Assembly: GCA_036010205.1 (NCBI GenBank) | Contig: DATGOB010000251.1 | Location: 844-64,843 of the forward strand | DNA from: Promicromonospora sp. | Lineage (GTDB): Bacteria > Actinomycetota > Actinomycetes > Actinomycetales > Cellulomonadaceae | DNA: 64,000 nucleotides | Direction: 5' to 3' | In this document: positions 29,688 through 38,887 of the stretch, in pieces | Layout: each line of letters opens with the position of its first letter | How positions within the stretch are numbered: the first letter of the stretch is position 1 | Notes under the pieces: model-generated | Databases searched by the model: none | Seen by the model: the letters and a program-made list of their open reading frames with translations, nothing else | Told to the model about the DNA's origin: nothing | Program-made: the position numbers and the translations under genes

Positions 29688-30362
29688 ATGTCCCAGCAGA
29701 TCCCCGCCCCCGCAGCGCCGGCACCCGCCCCGATGCCGAGGAAGGGCAACGCTCTCGCCCTGACCGGCATGATCCTCGGTGTCGTCGCGCTGCTGCTCTG
29801 CCTGATCCCTCTCGTCAACGGGTTCGCCGCGTTCCTCGGGGTGCTCGCCCTGGTCTTCGGCATCGTCGGGCTCGTCAAGGCGCGCGACGGCCGGCCCGGG
29901 CGGGGGATGGCGGTCGCCGCGATCATCCTCGCCGTCCTCGCCGGCATCGGGTTCGCCGTCTCGACGGCGTTCACCGTCGCGGCGGTCGACGCCATGGACA
30001 CCGCCGTCGACGAGCTCGACGCGGACCTCGACCGCATCGACGGCTCCGCGACCGACGACCTGCTCGCCACCGACGTCTCCGTCGAGCTCGGCGCGTTCGA
30101 GGCCGAGTCGGACGAGTTCGGCATCGTCGAGTCGGCGCTCCCGGTCACCGTCACCAACACGGCCGACGAGGCGTTCAGCTACACCATCCAGATCGAGGCC
30201 GTCGACGCCGACGGCAACCGCCTCGCCGACGACTACGTCTACGCCGACGAGCTGGCTCCGGGTCAGAAGAAGGACGAGAAGGTGTTCCTCTTCGTCGAGG
30301 ACGACCAGGTCGAGGCGATGCAGGCGGCGACGTTCCAGATCGTCGAGGTGTCGCAGATGTGA
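29688..30362 (+). CDS. DUF4190-like membrane protein with acidic C-terminal domain
   Basis: GNALALTGMILGVVALLLCLIPL...ALVFGIVGLVK...GMAVAAIIL; likely target of the divergent two-component system (inference). Confidence 0.75.
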   Translation: MSQQIPAPAAPAPAPMPRKGNALALTGMILGVVALLLCLIPLVNGFAAFLGVLALVFGIVGLVKARDGRPGRGMAVAAIILAVLAGIGFAVSTAFTVAAVDAMDTAVDELDADLDRIDGSATDDLLATDVSVELGAFEAESDEFGIVESALPVTVTNTADEAFSYTIQIEAVDADGNRLADDYVYADELAPGQKKDEKVFLFVEDDQVEAMQAATFQIVEVSQM

Positions 30363-30385
30363 CCGGCCGCCGATCGCCTTCGAGA

Positions 30386-30431
30386 CCGATGTTGCTCGGC
30401 TTTGAGCGCCGTGAAAACCGAGCAACATCGG
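30386..30431. terminator. Inverted repeat after the DUF4190-like gene (terminator or REP-like)
   Basis: CCGATGTTGCTCGG ... CCGAGCAACATCGG, a perfect 14-bp stem with an 18-nt loop. Confidence 0.6.
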
Positions 30432-30489
30432 CCTCGTTGACGATTCTCGTCGGGGACGACATGGCCGGCCCGCCACTAAGGTCTCACCC

Positions 30490-31017
30490 GTGACCGACGA
30501 CGCTCGCCCCCTCCTCTTCCTCGACGTGGACGGCACGCTGCTGCCGTTCGGCGGCCCCGGCATGCTGCCGGAGCCGCGCTCCGGCCCGCCCGCGCCCGGC
30601 GCGCCCCGCCCCGAGCTCGACCTCGTCGACCCTGCGATCGGTCCGCTGCTCCTCGACCTCGACTGCGACGTCGTGTGGGCGACGGCGTGGATGGGCGACG
30701 CGAACGTCGTCATCGGGCCGCGGGCCGGGCTGCCCACGCTGCCGGTCGCGGACCTGCCCCGGTACGGCGAGCCGGACCCGCAGGGGCTGGGCTGGAAGAC
30801 CCGGGCTCTCGTCCGTGAGGCGGCGGGGCGACCGTTCGTGTGGGTGGACGACGACATCACCGAGACGGACCGGTGGTGGATCGAGCTGGAGCACACGGGC
30901 CCCTCGCTCGCGTACCGCGTCGAGTCCGCCGTCGGCCTGACGGCGGCCGGCGTCGCGGAGATCGCCGCCTGGTTGGATGCGCTGCCCGAGGTGACTCTCG
31001 GCCGTACCGCGCCGTAG
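30490..31017 (+). CDS. HAD-superfamily protein (HAD_SAK_2-like)
   Basis: LLFLDVDGTL, VVWATAW, FVWVDDD motifs. Confidence 0.85.
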   Translation: MTDDARPLLFLDVDGTLLPFGGPGMLPEPRSGPPAPGAPRPELDLVDPAIGPLLLDLDCDVVWATAWMGDANVVIGPRAGLPTLPVADLPRYGEPDPQGLGWKTRALVREAAGRPFVWVDDDITETDRWWIELEHTGPSLAYRVESAVGLTAAGVAEIAAWLDALPEVTLGRTAP

Positions 31018-31058
31018 CGGCCGCGACGCCGGGCTGCGGCTCCGCCGGCCGGCGGTCG

Positions 31059-31670
31059 TCAGGCGCCGACCACGCCGTCCACCAACCGCACCCACCCGTC
31101 ACCGAGGCGCTCCGGCGACATCCCGTGCACGGTGCTCAGGTAGTGCAGGAACGGCGTGTCGAGGTAGGCCAGCAGGCTCTGCGTGAGCAGCTCGAGGTCG
31201 CCCGTCGCGCCCGCAGCGCCCAGCAGGGTGCCGACGTGGCGCGCGTGCACGGCGCGCGGCGGGTCGTCGGCGTAGCGCCGCTCGGCGGGCTCCTCCGCGG
31301 CGAGGTACATGTCCCGGTAGCGGAGCCGGTGCGCGATCATCGCGACGCCGAACGCCCGCAGCCGTTCGACCGGACCGGAGCCGGGTCCGAGCGGCGGGGG
31401 ACCGGTGAGGAACTCCCGTTGGAACGTCTTCTCCGCGTGGTCCAACAGTGCGCGCATGAGACCCGTGCGGTCCCCGAACCGGCGGAAGACCGTGCCCTTC
31501 CCGACGCCGGCACCCGCCGCGACCTGCTCCATGGTCACGTTCTGCGCGCCGTGCTCCGCGACGAGCCGTGCGGCGACGTCGAGCAGCCGGGTGCGGTTGC
31601 GGGCGGCGTCCGACCGCTCCTTGGGCGGGCTGCCCAGGACGGTCAGCTCGGGTGGCGTCGTGGGGCTCAT
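31059..31670 (-). CDS. TetR family regulator
   Basis: ERSDAARNRTRLLDVA...VTMEQVAAGAGVGKGTVFRRFGD. Confidence 0.93.
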   Translation of the reverse strand: MSPTTPPELTVLGSPPKERSDAARNRTRLLDVAARLVAEHGAQNVTMEQVAAGAGVGKGTVFRRFGDRTGLMRALLDHAEKTFQREFLTGPPPLGPGSGPVERLRAFGVAMIAHRLRYRDMYLAAEEPAERRYADDPPRAVHARHVGTLLGAAGATGDLELLTQSLLAYLDTPFLHYLSTVHGMSPERLGDGWVRLVDGVVGA

Positions 31671-31710
31671 GTGCCGAGCGTAACCACGGCGAGGTCGCCC
31701 GGAATGGAAG

Positions 31711-31758
31711 CGGACCGCGGTCCGTTACGCTGGTCGACAATATCCGGACCGCGGTCCG
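31711..31758. promoter_or_regulatory. Two perfect palindromic TetR operators
   Basis: CGGACCGCGGTCCG at 31711-31724 and 31745-31758, in the divergent intergenic region. Confidence 0.8.
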
Positions 31759-31800
31759 TTTCTGCGGTCCGGAACGTGGCCAAGCAAAGGAGGCAGCGCG

Positions 31801-33606
31801 ATGGAGCTCGCGCTGGGAGTCGTGCTCGATGCGTCGGCGGACGCCGCACGCACGACCGAGCTCGCACGACAGGCCGACGCCGGAGGGCTCGACCTCGTCG
31901 TGCTGCGCGGCGGTCCCGACACGGGGCTCGACCCGTGGACCGCCGCGGTCTGGGTGGCGGGCGTCACCGACCGCATCGCGATCGGCACCACGGGGTTCGC
32001 CCCGCCGCCCGCGCACGAGACGCCCTACCCGTCCGTCGTCGAGAAGGCGCGCGAGAGCGCGGACCTGCTCACCGGCCGCCGTCTCGTCGACGGCGAGCCC
32101 TGGACGACGGCGCCCGCCGACGCCGACCGCGCTGCGCTCGAGACGCTCGCGGCCGACGGCCGCACGGTGGTGGTCCCCGTGTCGGACGCCGCGGACGTCG
32201 CGCGCCTCGTCGCGCTGGTCGGCCCGGCGGCCGGTCGTCGACGGACCGCGGCCGCCCGGGCGCTGCGCCGGGACGGCATCGACTACGACGGCGTGCCCGC
32301 GTCCCTCGCCGCGACCGCGGTCGAGCCCGGCGATCCCGAGTATCTCGCTGCGAGCTCGACCTACCTGCGCGGCGGCGCGCCAGGCCTCGTGCTGCGGCCG
32401 GAGACGCCCGAGCAGGTCGCGGACGCGCTGGAGTTCGCGCGGGCGCACACCCACGTGCCGCTCGGGGTGCGCAGCGGCGGCCACGGCATCTCGGGTCGCT
32501 CGACCAACGACGGCGGCGTCGTGATCGACGTCGGCCGGATGAACCGGATCGAGGTGCTCGACGCGTCGCGACGGCTCGTGCGGATCGGTCCTGGCGCCAC
32601 GTGGAAGCAGGTCGCCGCTGCGCTCGACCCGTACGGCTGGGCGCTCGGCTCGGGCGACTACGGCGGCGTGGGCGTCGGCGGGCTCGCCACGGCCGGGGGC
32701 ATCGGGCTGCTGGGGCGGGCGCACGGGCTGACGATCGACCGCCTGCGCGCCGTCGAGCTCGTGCTCGCCGACGGCACCCTCGTGCGCGCGTCCGCCGACG
32801 AGCACCCCGACCTGTTCTGGGCGGTGCGCGGCGCGGGCGCCAACTTCGGCGTCGCGACGGCGTTCGAGGCGGAGGTGTACGACGTCGGCGAGGTGGGCTG
32901 GGCGAAGCTCGGGCTGGTCAGCACCGACCTCGAGAAGTCCCTGCTGCGGTTCGGCGAGGTGGCTACGGCGGCCCCGCGCGACACGACGGTCTTCCTCGTC
33001 ACCGGGCGACCGCAGCGCGGGCAGTCGATGATCCAGCTGTACGCGATCGTCGACTCGTCGGACCCGCAGGTCGTCGTCGAGCGGCTCCAGCCGTTCCTCG
33101 ACCTCGGCGTGCTGGTGCAGCAGGAGGCCTTCATGGCGCGGTACAAGGACATCATGGGGCAGGCGCCCGACATCGGCCCCGAGGGGCACAACGGCCAGGG
33201 CGAGCCGGTGTCGCGCTCGGCGTTCCTGCCCGCGATCACGCCCCGGGCGGCGCACGACACGGCCGAGCTGCTGCGCAGCGGTCGGGTGTACTTCTACCAG
33301 CTGCGCACCATGGGCGGCGCGATCGCCGACGTGCCCGCCGACGAGACCGCCTTCGCGCACCGGACACCCGCGTTCCAGGCGACAGCGATGGGCGTCGACC
33401 AGGCGGACCTGGACGCCCGGTGGGACCGGCTCGCCGAGCACTTCGACGGCCTCTACCTCAGCTTCGACACCGACCGGCGTCCCGGACGTCTGCACGACGC
33501 GTTCCCGCCCGGCGTGCTCGCCCGGCTGCGCGATCTCAAGCGCCGCTACGACCCCGACGCCCTGTTCCGCGACAACTTCCCCATCGACCCGAGGACGACC
33601 CTATGA
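31801..33606 (+). CDS. FAD-linked oxidoreductase (FAD_binding_4/BBE) with a truncated luciferase-like N-terminal segment
   Basis: N-terminus resembles an LLM start (RQADAGGLDLV, DPWTAAVWVAGVTDRIAIG); then VRSGGHG, GGLATAGGIG, FWAVRGAGANFGV, DLKRRYDPDALF. Confidence 0.85.
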   Translation: MELALGVVLDASADAARTTELARQADAGGLDLVVLRGGPDTGLDPWTAAVWVAGVTDRIAIGTTGFAPPPAHETPYPSVVEKARESADLLTGRRLVDGEPWTTAPADADRAALETLAADGRTVVVPVSDAADVARLVALVGPAAGRRRTAAARALRRDGIDYDGVPASLAATAVEPGDPEYLAASSTYLRGGAPGLVLRPETPEQVADALEFARAHTHVPLGVRSGGHGISGRSTNDGGVVIDVGRMNRIEVLDASRRLVRIGPGATWKQVAAALDPYGWALGSGDYGGVGVGGLATAGGIGLLGRAHGLTIDRLRAVELVLADGTLVRASADEHPDLFWAVRGAGANFGVATAFEAEVYDVGEVGWAKLGLVSTDLEKSLLRFGEVATAAPRDTTVFLVTGRPQRGQSMIQLYAIVDSSDPQVVVERLQPFLDLGVLVQQEAFMARYKDIMGQAPDIGPEGHNGQGEPVSRSAFLPAITPRAAHDTAELLRSGRVYFYQLRTMGGAIADVPADETAFAHRTPAFQATAMGVDQADLDARWDRLAEHFDGLYLSFDTDRRPGRLHDAFPPGVLARLRDLKRRYDPDALFRDNFPIDPRTTL

Positions 33607-34502
33607 CCGACTACGGACACGACCTGCTGTTCGGCACCTTCCTGACCCCGAGCGCCCAGGGGGCGCGCCAGGTGATCGACCTGGCCGTGGCCTCCGACAG
33701 GGCCGGGCTCGACCTGGTCACGTTCCAGGACCATCCCTACCAGCCGGCGTTCCTCGACACGTGGACCCTGCTCACCTACGTGGCCGCCCGCACGGAGCGG
33801 GTGCACCTCAGCGGCAACGTGCTCAGCCTGCCGCTGCGCCCGCCGGCCGTGCTGGCGCGCGCTGCTGCGTCCCTCGACCTGCTCAGCGGCGGCCGGGTCG
33901 ACCTCGGCCTCGGGGCGGGCGCGTTCTGGGACGGCGTCGCCGCGATGGGCGGACGCCGGCTCACTCCTGCCCAGGGCGTCGACGCGCTCCGGGAGGCGAT
34001 CGTGATCATGCGCGACCTGTGGGACACCCAGACGCGCGGCGGCGTGCGGCACGACGGGACGTACTACCAGGTGGTCGGCGCCAAGCGAGGGCCCGCCCCC
34101 GCGCACGACATCCCGATCTGGGTCGGCGCGTACAAGAAGCGCATGCTCGCCCTCACGGGGGAGGTGGGCGACGGCTGGCTGCCCACTCTCGAGTACCTGC
34201 CCGACGGCGTGGACACCCTCCCCGCCCTCAACGCGCAGATCGACGAGGCGGCGACGTCGGTCGGCCGGTCCCCGCGCGACGTGCGGCGGCTGCTCAACGT
34301 CATGAACGTGCGCTTCTCCGCGACCGGCCGCGGCGTGCTGGACGGACCGGTGGACCAGTGGGTCGAGCAGCTCGCCTCTCTCGCGCTCGAGCACGGCGAG
34401 TCCGCGTTCCTCATCGGCGGCGACGACCTGCCCACCATCGAGCGGTTCGCCGCCGAGGTGGCGCCCGCGGTGCGCGAGGCGGTGGCGCGCGAGCGGCAGT
34501 GA
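33603..34502 (+). CDS. LLM-class flavin-dependent oxidoreductase
   Basis: DLVTFQDHPYQP, DTWTLLTYVAARTERV, LDLLSGGRVDLGLGAG; ATGA overlap. Confidence 0.9.
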   Translation: MTDYGHDLLFGTFLTPSAQGARQVIDLAVASDRAGLDLVTFQDHPYQPAFLDTWTLLTYVAARTERVHLSGNVLSLPLRPPAVLARAAASLDLLSGGRVDLGLGAGAFWDGVAAMGGRRLTPAQGVDALREAIVIMRDLWDTQTRGGVRHDGTYYQVVGAKRGPAPAHDIPIWVGAYKKRMLALTGEVGDGWLPTLEYLPDGVDTLPALNAQIDEAATSVGRSPRDVRRLLNVMNVRFSATGRGVLDGPVDQWVEQLASLALEHGESAFLIGGDDLPTIERFAAEVAPAVREAVARERQ

Positions 34503-34535
34503 TTCGTGTCGGTGGCCGGCCGTACGATCGCCCGC

Positions 34536-35120
34536 ATGACCGACCAGACGACCCTGCCCCACGCCGAGACGCCGGCGGCCCTGCGCGCCGTCATGGACGC
34601 CGAGTACGACTACGCCGACGGGTACGGGGTCGACTTCGAGCCCTACCCGGAGCTCGAGCCGGTGGCCGAGACGGCGTCGTGGTTCCGGCTGTGGACCGGG
34701 AACCCGGACGTGACGGGGGAGCAGCTGCGCCCGTTCGGCCAGGACGGGTCGGGCGGGTACGTGTGCTCGTGGGTCGTCCGGGACGGGCGCGGGCTCGCCG
34801 AGCAGCCCGTGGTGTTCATCGGCTCCGAGGGCGAGGTCGCGCTGCTGGCCGCCGACGCGGCGGACGCCCTGTGGTTCTTCGCCCAGGGGTGGGGACCCCA
34901 TGACGTGCCGCTGACGTACGCCGGAGGGGTGCAGCTCGGGCCCACCGCACCGCTCGGCGAGCTCGACGAGGAGCGGGTCGTGCGGCCCGTTCCGGAGCTC
35001 CTCGAGACCGCCGAGCGGCTGGCGCCCGAGCGGCGCAGGGCGCCGGGACGGATCGTCGCCGACGCCGCGGCCGCGGGCCTGCCCGACCTGCGGGAGTGGG
35101 TGGACGGGCTGTGCCGGTGA
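34536..35120 (+). CDS. SMI1/KNR4 (SUKH)-like protein
   Basis: PFGQDGSGG..CSW...QPVVFIGSEGE, typical of actinobacterial SUKH-like proteins. Confidence 0.6.
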   Translation: MTDQTTLPHAETPAALRAVMDAEYDYADGYGVDFEPYPELEPVAETASWFRLWTGNPDVTGEQLRPFGQDGSGGYVCSWVVRDGRGLAEQPVVFIGSEGEVALLAADAADALWFFAQGWGPHDVPLTYAGGVQLGPTAPLGELDEERVVRPVPELLETAERLAPERRRAPGRIVADAAAAGLPDLREWVDGLCR

Positions 35121-35154
35121 GGCTGGGACCACCACCGTCCGCCCACGCCGACCG

Positions 35155-35997
35155 TCAGTCCAGCGCCACCCGGTGGGCCCGGAGCGCCTCGATGACGGGC
35201 TGATAGAACGAGACGCCGCCGGACGAGCAGTCGCCGCTGCCACCCGACGTGATGCCGAGCGCCTTGTCTCCGGACCAGAGCGGGCCGCCGGAGTCGCCGG
35301 GCTCGGAGCAGACGTCGGTCTCGATCAGACCGTGCATCGAGACGCCCCCGTCGTACTTGACGGCGACGTTGGTCGCCGTGACCTCTCCGGTGTGCTCGCC
35401 GCTCGCGGCCCCGTCGCGCGTCACCTCCTGTCCGGTGTGCGCCCTGCCCTCCGTGTACCCACCGGGGCGGTCGGCGTCCTGGTTGGCGTAGCGGATGATG
35501 GCGAAGTCGTTGCTGGGGTAGCTCGCCGAGACGGTCTCGCCGAGCACGACGTCGCCGCCCTCGTCCTCGTACCAGGTCTCGACCTCCTCACCGCAGTGCC
35601 CTGCGGTGAGGACGTGCCTGCCCTTGTGGTTGCTCACGTTGAACGCCATCGAGCAGCGGTAGTCCGGGCCGTAGATCGCGTCGCCGGGGGCGATGCGCAG
35701 GTCGAAGACGCCGTCGGTCGGCCGGACCTCGATGGCGGCGGACGTCTCCCGGAGCAGGTCTCGCTCCGCCGCGGTCACGGTGGAGTCCACGCGGACGACC
35801 ACCGTTCCGGTCTCTTCATCGGTGTGCCAGGCGATGCCGTCGACACCCGTCGCATCGACGGCCTCGCTCACGGCGGCCAGCTCGGCCGACGACGGCCCGT
35901 CCGGTTCTGCCGCCGCGGGTGGCATCGCGAGGACGGACAGGCCGGCGACGGTGACGGCGGCCAGGCCGACGGTGCGGATCAGAGTCGTGCGCTTCAT
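35155..35997 (-). CDS. Secreted S1 serine protease (streptogrisin/alpha-lytic-like) with propeptide
   Basis: Signal peptide; CSMAFNV, LTAGHC, NDFAII, GDSGGP catalytic triad motifs. Confidence 0.92.
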   Translation of the reverse strand: MKRTTLIRTVGLAAVTVAGLSVLAMPPAAAEPDGPSSAELAAVSEAVDATGVDGIAWHTDEETGTVVVRVDSTVTAAERDLLRETSAAIEVRPTDGVFDLRIAPGDAIYGPDYRCSMAFNVSNHKGRHVLTAGHCGEEVETWYEDEGGDVVLGETVSASYPSNDFAIIRYANQDADRPGGYTEGRAHTGQEVTRDGAASGEHTGEVTATNVAVKYDGGVSMHGLIETDVCSEPGDSGGPLWSGDKALGITSGGSGDCSSGGVSFYQPVIEALRAHRVALD

Positions 35998-36047
35998 GGT
36001 GACCTCCTGGGGAAGATCCCTCGCTGCGAACGTAACCCCGCCGAATT

Positions 36048-37064
36048 TCATCCGCCGGGTGCATGCATAGGGGTGAAGACGCGCTCACGGTGCCACCTCA
36101 GGTACTTCTCGGACGGTGCGACCGTGGGCGGCTCGAGAACGATCTTCCGCCGCAACCCCGCTCCCGCGAAGTAGCGGGCGGTCTCGGGGACCTGGTCCGC
36201 CGCCGACCGGAGCCGGTGCGACATCGTGACCGTCAGGTGGTCGCCCGAGGGCTCGAGCGTCATCAGCCCCGCGTCGAAGGCGGCGTCGTGCGTGGGGCAG
36301 GCCGCGACGCCGTTGGCGACGTCGACACGCTCGCCGTCGCTCGAGTCGCGCCATGGCTTGATGTGCCCGGCGCGCAGGAGGGTAGGCCGCAGGCCGTCGC
36401 CCAGCGTGAAGCCGCAGAAGGCGCAGGCGCCGCCGTAGTTGCGCAGCACCTGGTTGGCGAAGGCGCTCTGCCCGATGCGCAGCATCTGCACGAACGCGCG
36501 CTCGGTCGCGCTGTCGGTCGGCTCGTGCTCGGGCAGGAGCGCGGGGAGTTCGCGTTCGAGCACGGCCTGCAGGTCGTCGTCGCTGAGCTCGTCCTGGCCG
36601 AGCAGGACCACCGTGCCGCGGTAGTGCTCGACGCCGAGGAAGTCGGGCAGGCGGTCGGTGCCGATGCCCAGGTTTCGCGCGGCGGCGAGGATGGTGCGGT
36701 AGAGGTCGACCAGCGCCGGTGGGGAGGCGGCTAGCAGTCGCCCGAGCTCGATGTCGGTCCTCGCCCCGCGGTTGCGTCCCGGTACGCCGGACAGGTTCTG
36801 CACCTTCGAGGCGACCGCGTTCGGCTTGCGGCGGAAGAGCCGCGCCAGCTCTGGTACGGGGTAGGGGAACTTCCGGTCCCCACCGCCTGCCCGAACGTTG
36901 GCGACGAGCCGGACGGCGCCGGCCAGGAGCGTCTCGACCGGAAGATGGTTGACCCGTCCTTGTCCCGAGGCCGGTCCAGGGGCCAGGTCGGGGCGGGTCA
37001 GGATCTCCCGCCACTGCTGCTCCGCCTGGACGATGGTGAGGTCGAGGTAAGCGGAGAGGGGCAC
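36048..37064 (-). CDS. HNH endonuclease (HNH_2 type, putative restriction/defence nuclease)
   Basis: RIGQSAFANQVLRNYGGACAFCG...LRAGHIKPW...NGVAACPTHDAAFDAGL...YLRWHRERVF; N-terminal helical domain with ELARLFRRKPNAVASKVQNL; GTG start at 37064. Confidence 0.85.
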   Translation of the reverse strand: MPLSAYLDLTIVQAEQQWREILTRPDLAPGPASGQGRVNHLPVETLLAGAVRLVANVRAGGGDRKFPYPVPELARLFRRKPNAVASKVQNLSGVPGRNRGARTDIELGRLLAASPPALVDLYRTILAAARNLGIGTDRLPDFLGVEHYRGTVVLLGQDELSDDDLQAVLERELPALLPEHEPTDSATERAFVQMLRIGQSAFANQVLRNYGGACAFCGFTLGDGLRPTLLRAGHIKPWRDSSDGERVDVANGVAACPTHDAAFDAGLMTLEPSGDHLTVTMSHRLRSAADQVPETARYFAGAGLRRKIVLEPPTVAPSEKYLRWHRERVFTPMHAPGG

Positions 37065-37148
37065 GCCGCCAGCCTCTGGTACCGGGCGGGGCCCGTCAAG
37101 GCGGAATTTTCTCTGGACCCCGCCCCCACCCTGCACCACCATCGCTCC

Positions 37149-38054
37149 ATGCCCACGCCCATCCACCAGCACCCCCTCGCCTACCTCCTCGGCCTCGAGG
37201 GAGTCGCCCTGCTGCGGGCGTTCGCGGGCGAGCACGGCCAGGAGTTCACCGAGGCGCGGTTCGCGGAGATCCGCCGTCTGCTCGACCGTGCGGACGAGAT
37301 CGGCCCCGGGGTCGACGTCGACCCGATCTCGGTGCGCGACGGCTACGACGGCTGGTCCGCGACCTACGACATCGAGGGCAACACCTGCTTCCCGATGCGC
37401 GACGACCTGCTGGCCCCGCTGCTCGACCGCCTGCCGAAGGGTCGCGTGCTCGACGCCGCGTGCGGCAGCGGTGCGGTGACCCGGCAGCTCCTGGACCGAG
37501 GGCACGACGTCGTCGGCGTCGACGGCTCCGCGGGCATGCTCGGGCTCGCCCGGCGGGCGGTCCCGGAGGCGGTCCTCCTGGAGGGCGACCTCGCCGCCCT
37601 GCCGCTGCCCGACGCCGACGTCGACCACGTGACGTGCACGCTGGCGCTGAGCCACGTGACGGACCTGCGGCCGTTCTTCGCCGAGGCGGCGCGCGTCATG
37701 CGGCCCGGCGGGCACCTGATCGCGCTCGACGTGCGCGGCTACTACCCACGCACGCCGCTGTTCCCACTCGTCCAGCGGACGCCGGACGGCCGCGTCGGGT
37801 ACATGCCGGGCGGCAGCCACGAGGCGGGCGACTACCTGCGCGCGGCGCTGCCGCACGGGTTCGTGGTGCGGGCGTGCGAGGAGCTCTTCGCCCCGCCGTA
37901 CACGCCGCGCCCGGACGCGGAGCCCGCGCCGCTGACGCCCGGGCCGCCGGACATCTGGGAGCTGGCGACCTGGGTCCCGGACGCGGTGACCGCCGCGGAC
38001 GCTGGCCGGTCGCAGGTGATCGCCTGGGACTTCGAGCTGCGGCCCGACGTCTGA
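37149..38054 (+). CDS. Class I SAM-dependent methyltransferase
   Basis: RVLDAACGSG motif I, VVGVDGS, RVMRPGGHL. Confidence 0.9.
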   Translation: MPTPIHQHPLAYLLGLEGVALLRAFAGEHGQEFTEARFAEIRRLLDRADEIGPGVDVDPISVRDGYDGWSATYDIEGNTCFPMRDDLLAPLLDRLPKGRVLDAACGSGAVTRQLLDRGHDVVGVDGSAGMLGLARRAVPEAVLLEGDLAALPLPDADVDHVTCTLALSHVTDLRPFFAEAARVMRPGGHLIALDVRGYYPRTPLFPLVQRTPDGRVGYMPGGSHEAGDYLRAALPHGFVVRACEELFAPPYTPRPDAEPAPLTPGPPDIWELATWVPDAVTAADAGRSQVIAWDFELRPDV

Positions 38055-38055
38055 C

Positions 38056-38811
38056 TCAGGCCCCGATCCGCTCGCCGTCCACGAGCACCTCGAGCTCGGT
38101 GCTCCGCTCCGGCCAGAAGCACACCAGCCCCGCCACCCCGTGGGCCTCGCGCAGCGGGGTCTCGTACCCCCACACGGCGTCGTGCAGCGTGAGGTCGCCG
38201 ACGCGGACGGACCAGTAGCGCGCGATGCCCTTGTACGGGCAGTAGCTCACGGCGTCGGTGGGGGCGAGCAGATCCATCCGCACGTCGGAGCGCGGCAGGT
38301 AGTACCGCGCGGGCAACCCGGTCTCGGTCAGCATGACAGGACGGCGCGACTCGGCGACCACCTCGCCCCGCACCACCACGCGCACGTGCCGGGTGGAGCG
38401 CAGCGTGTCGACCCGCACGTACGGGCTGCGGGCGTGGAAGTGGATCACCTCGTCCTCCTCGAACCAGGTGTCCATCGCGGACCACGTGAGCGTGAACGTG
38501 CCCCGCATGCCCTCGGTCGGCGCCTCGGGGTAGCGCTGCGCCGCGCCCGGCAGCACGCGGTCCCCGAGCACGACGTCGTACAGCTCGCTGCGCCCCAGCA
38601 CGCGCGAGCGCTCACCGAGCCCGGACCGGCGCAGCTCGGCGCGCAGGTCGCCGGGCCGGAAGAAGTACCGGGGCGCGTACGCGTACTCCCAGACCAGCAG
38701 CGGCACGGCGTCCGCGACCACCACGCCCTGGCTGACCGCCCGGACCCGGGTCACGCCGTGCTGGACGGTCCCGGCCGGGATCACGAACGGGTTGGTCACG
38801 ATGTCGGGCAC
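38056..38811 (-). CDS. DUF427 (NTP_transf_9) tandem-domain protein
   Basis: Two DUF427-like halves; ETGLPARYYLP, CPYKGIARYW, WGYETP. The start is uncertain. Confidence 0.8.
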   Translation of the reverse strand: MPDIVTNPFVIPAGTVQHGVTRVRAVSQGVVVADAVPLLVWEYAYAPRYFFRPGDLRAELRRSGLGERSRVLGRSELYDVVLGDRVLPGAAQRYPEAPTEGMRGTFTLTWSAMDTWFEEDEVIHFHARSPYVRVDTLRSTRHVRVVVRGEVVAESRRPVMLTETGLPARYYLPRSDVRMDLLAPTDAVSYCPYKGIARYWSVRVGDLTLHDAVWGYETPLREAHGVAGLVCFWPERSTELEVLVDGERIGA

Positions 38812-38887
38812 GGGGAACCTCTCGTCGTCGGTCGCGCGGCCTGTCCGCGCCGTCGCGAGAGGCAACCCCGCAGGCCGCGGCGTTATT

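Noticed and set aside
30840-34502. 1220-aa ORF as one giant LLM fusion
   Set aside because: Only the last 299 codons (from ATG 33603) are protein-like; the rest shadows the TetR and FAD-oxidase genes.
36048-37064. HNH protein as IscB/Cas9/TnpB-like RNA-guided nuclease
   Set aside because: No RuvC motifs or PLMP start, no adjacent array or IS ends, and the motif pattern is that of restriction-type HNH_2.
37149-38054. Methyltransferase as the cognate DNA MTase of the HNH nuclease
   Set aside because: It has a class I small-molecule motif (LDAACGSG) with no DPPY/NPPY or PC catalytic motif.
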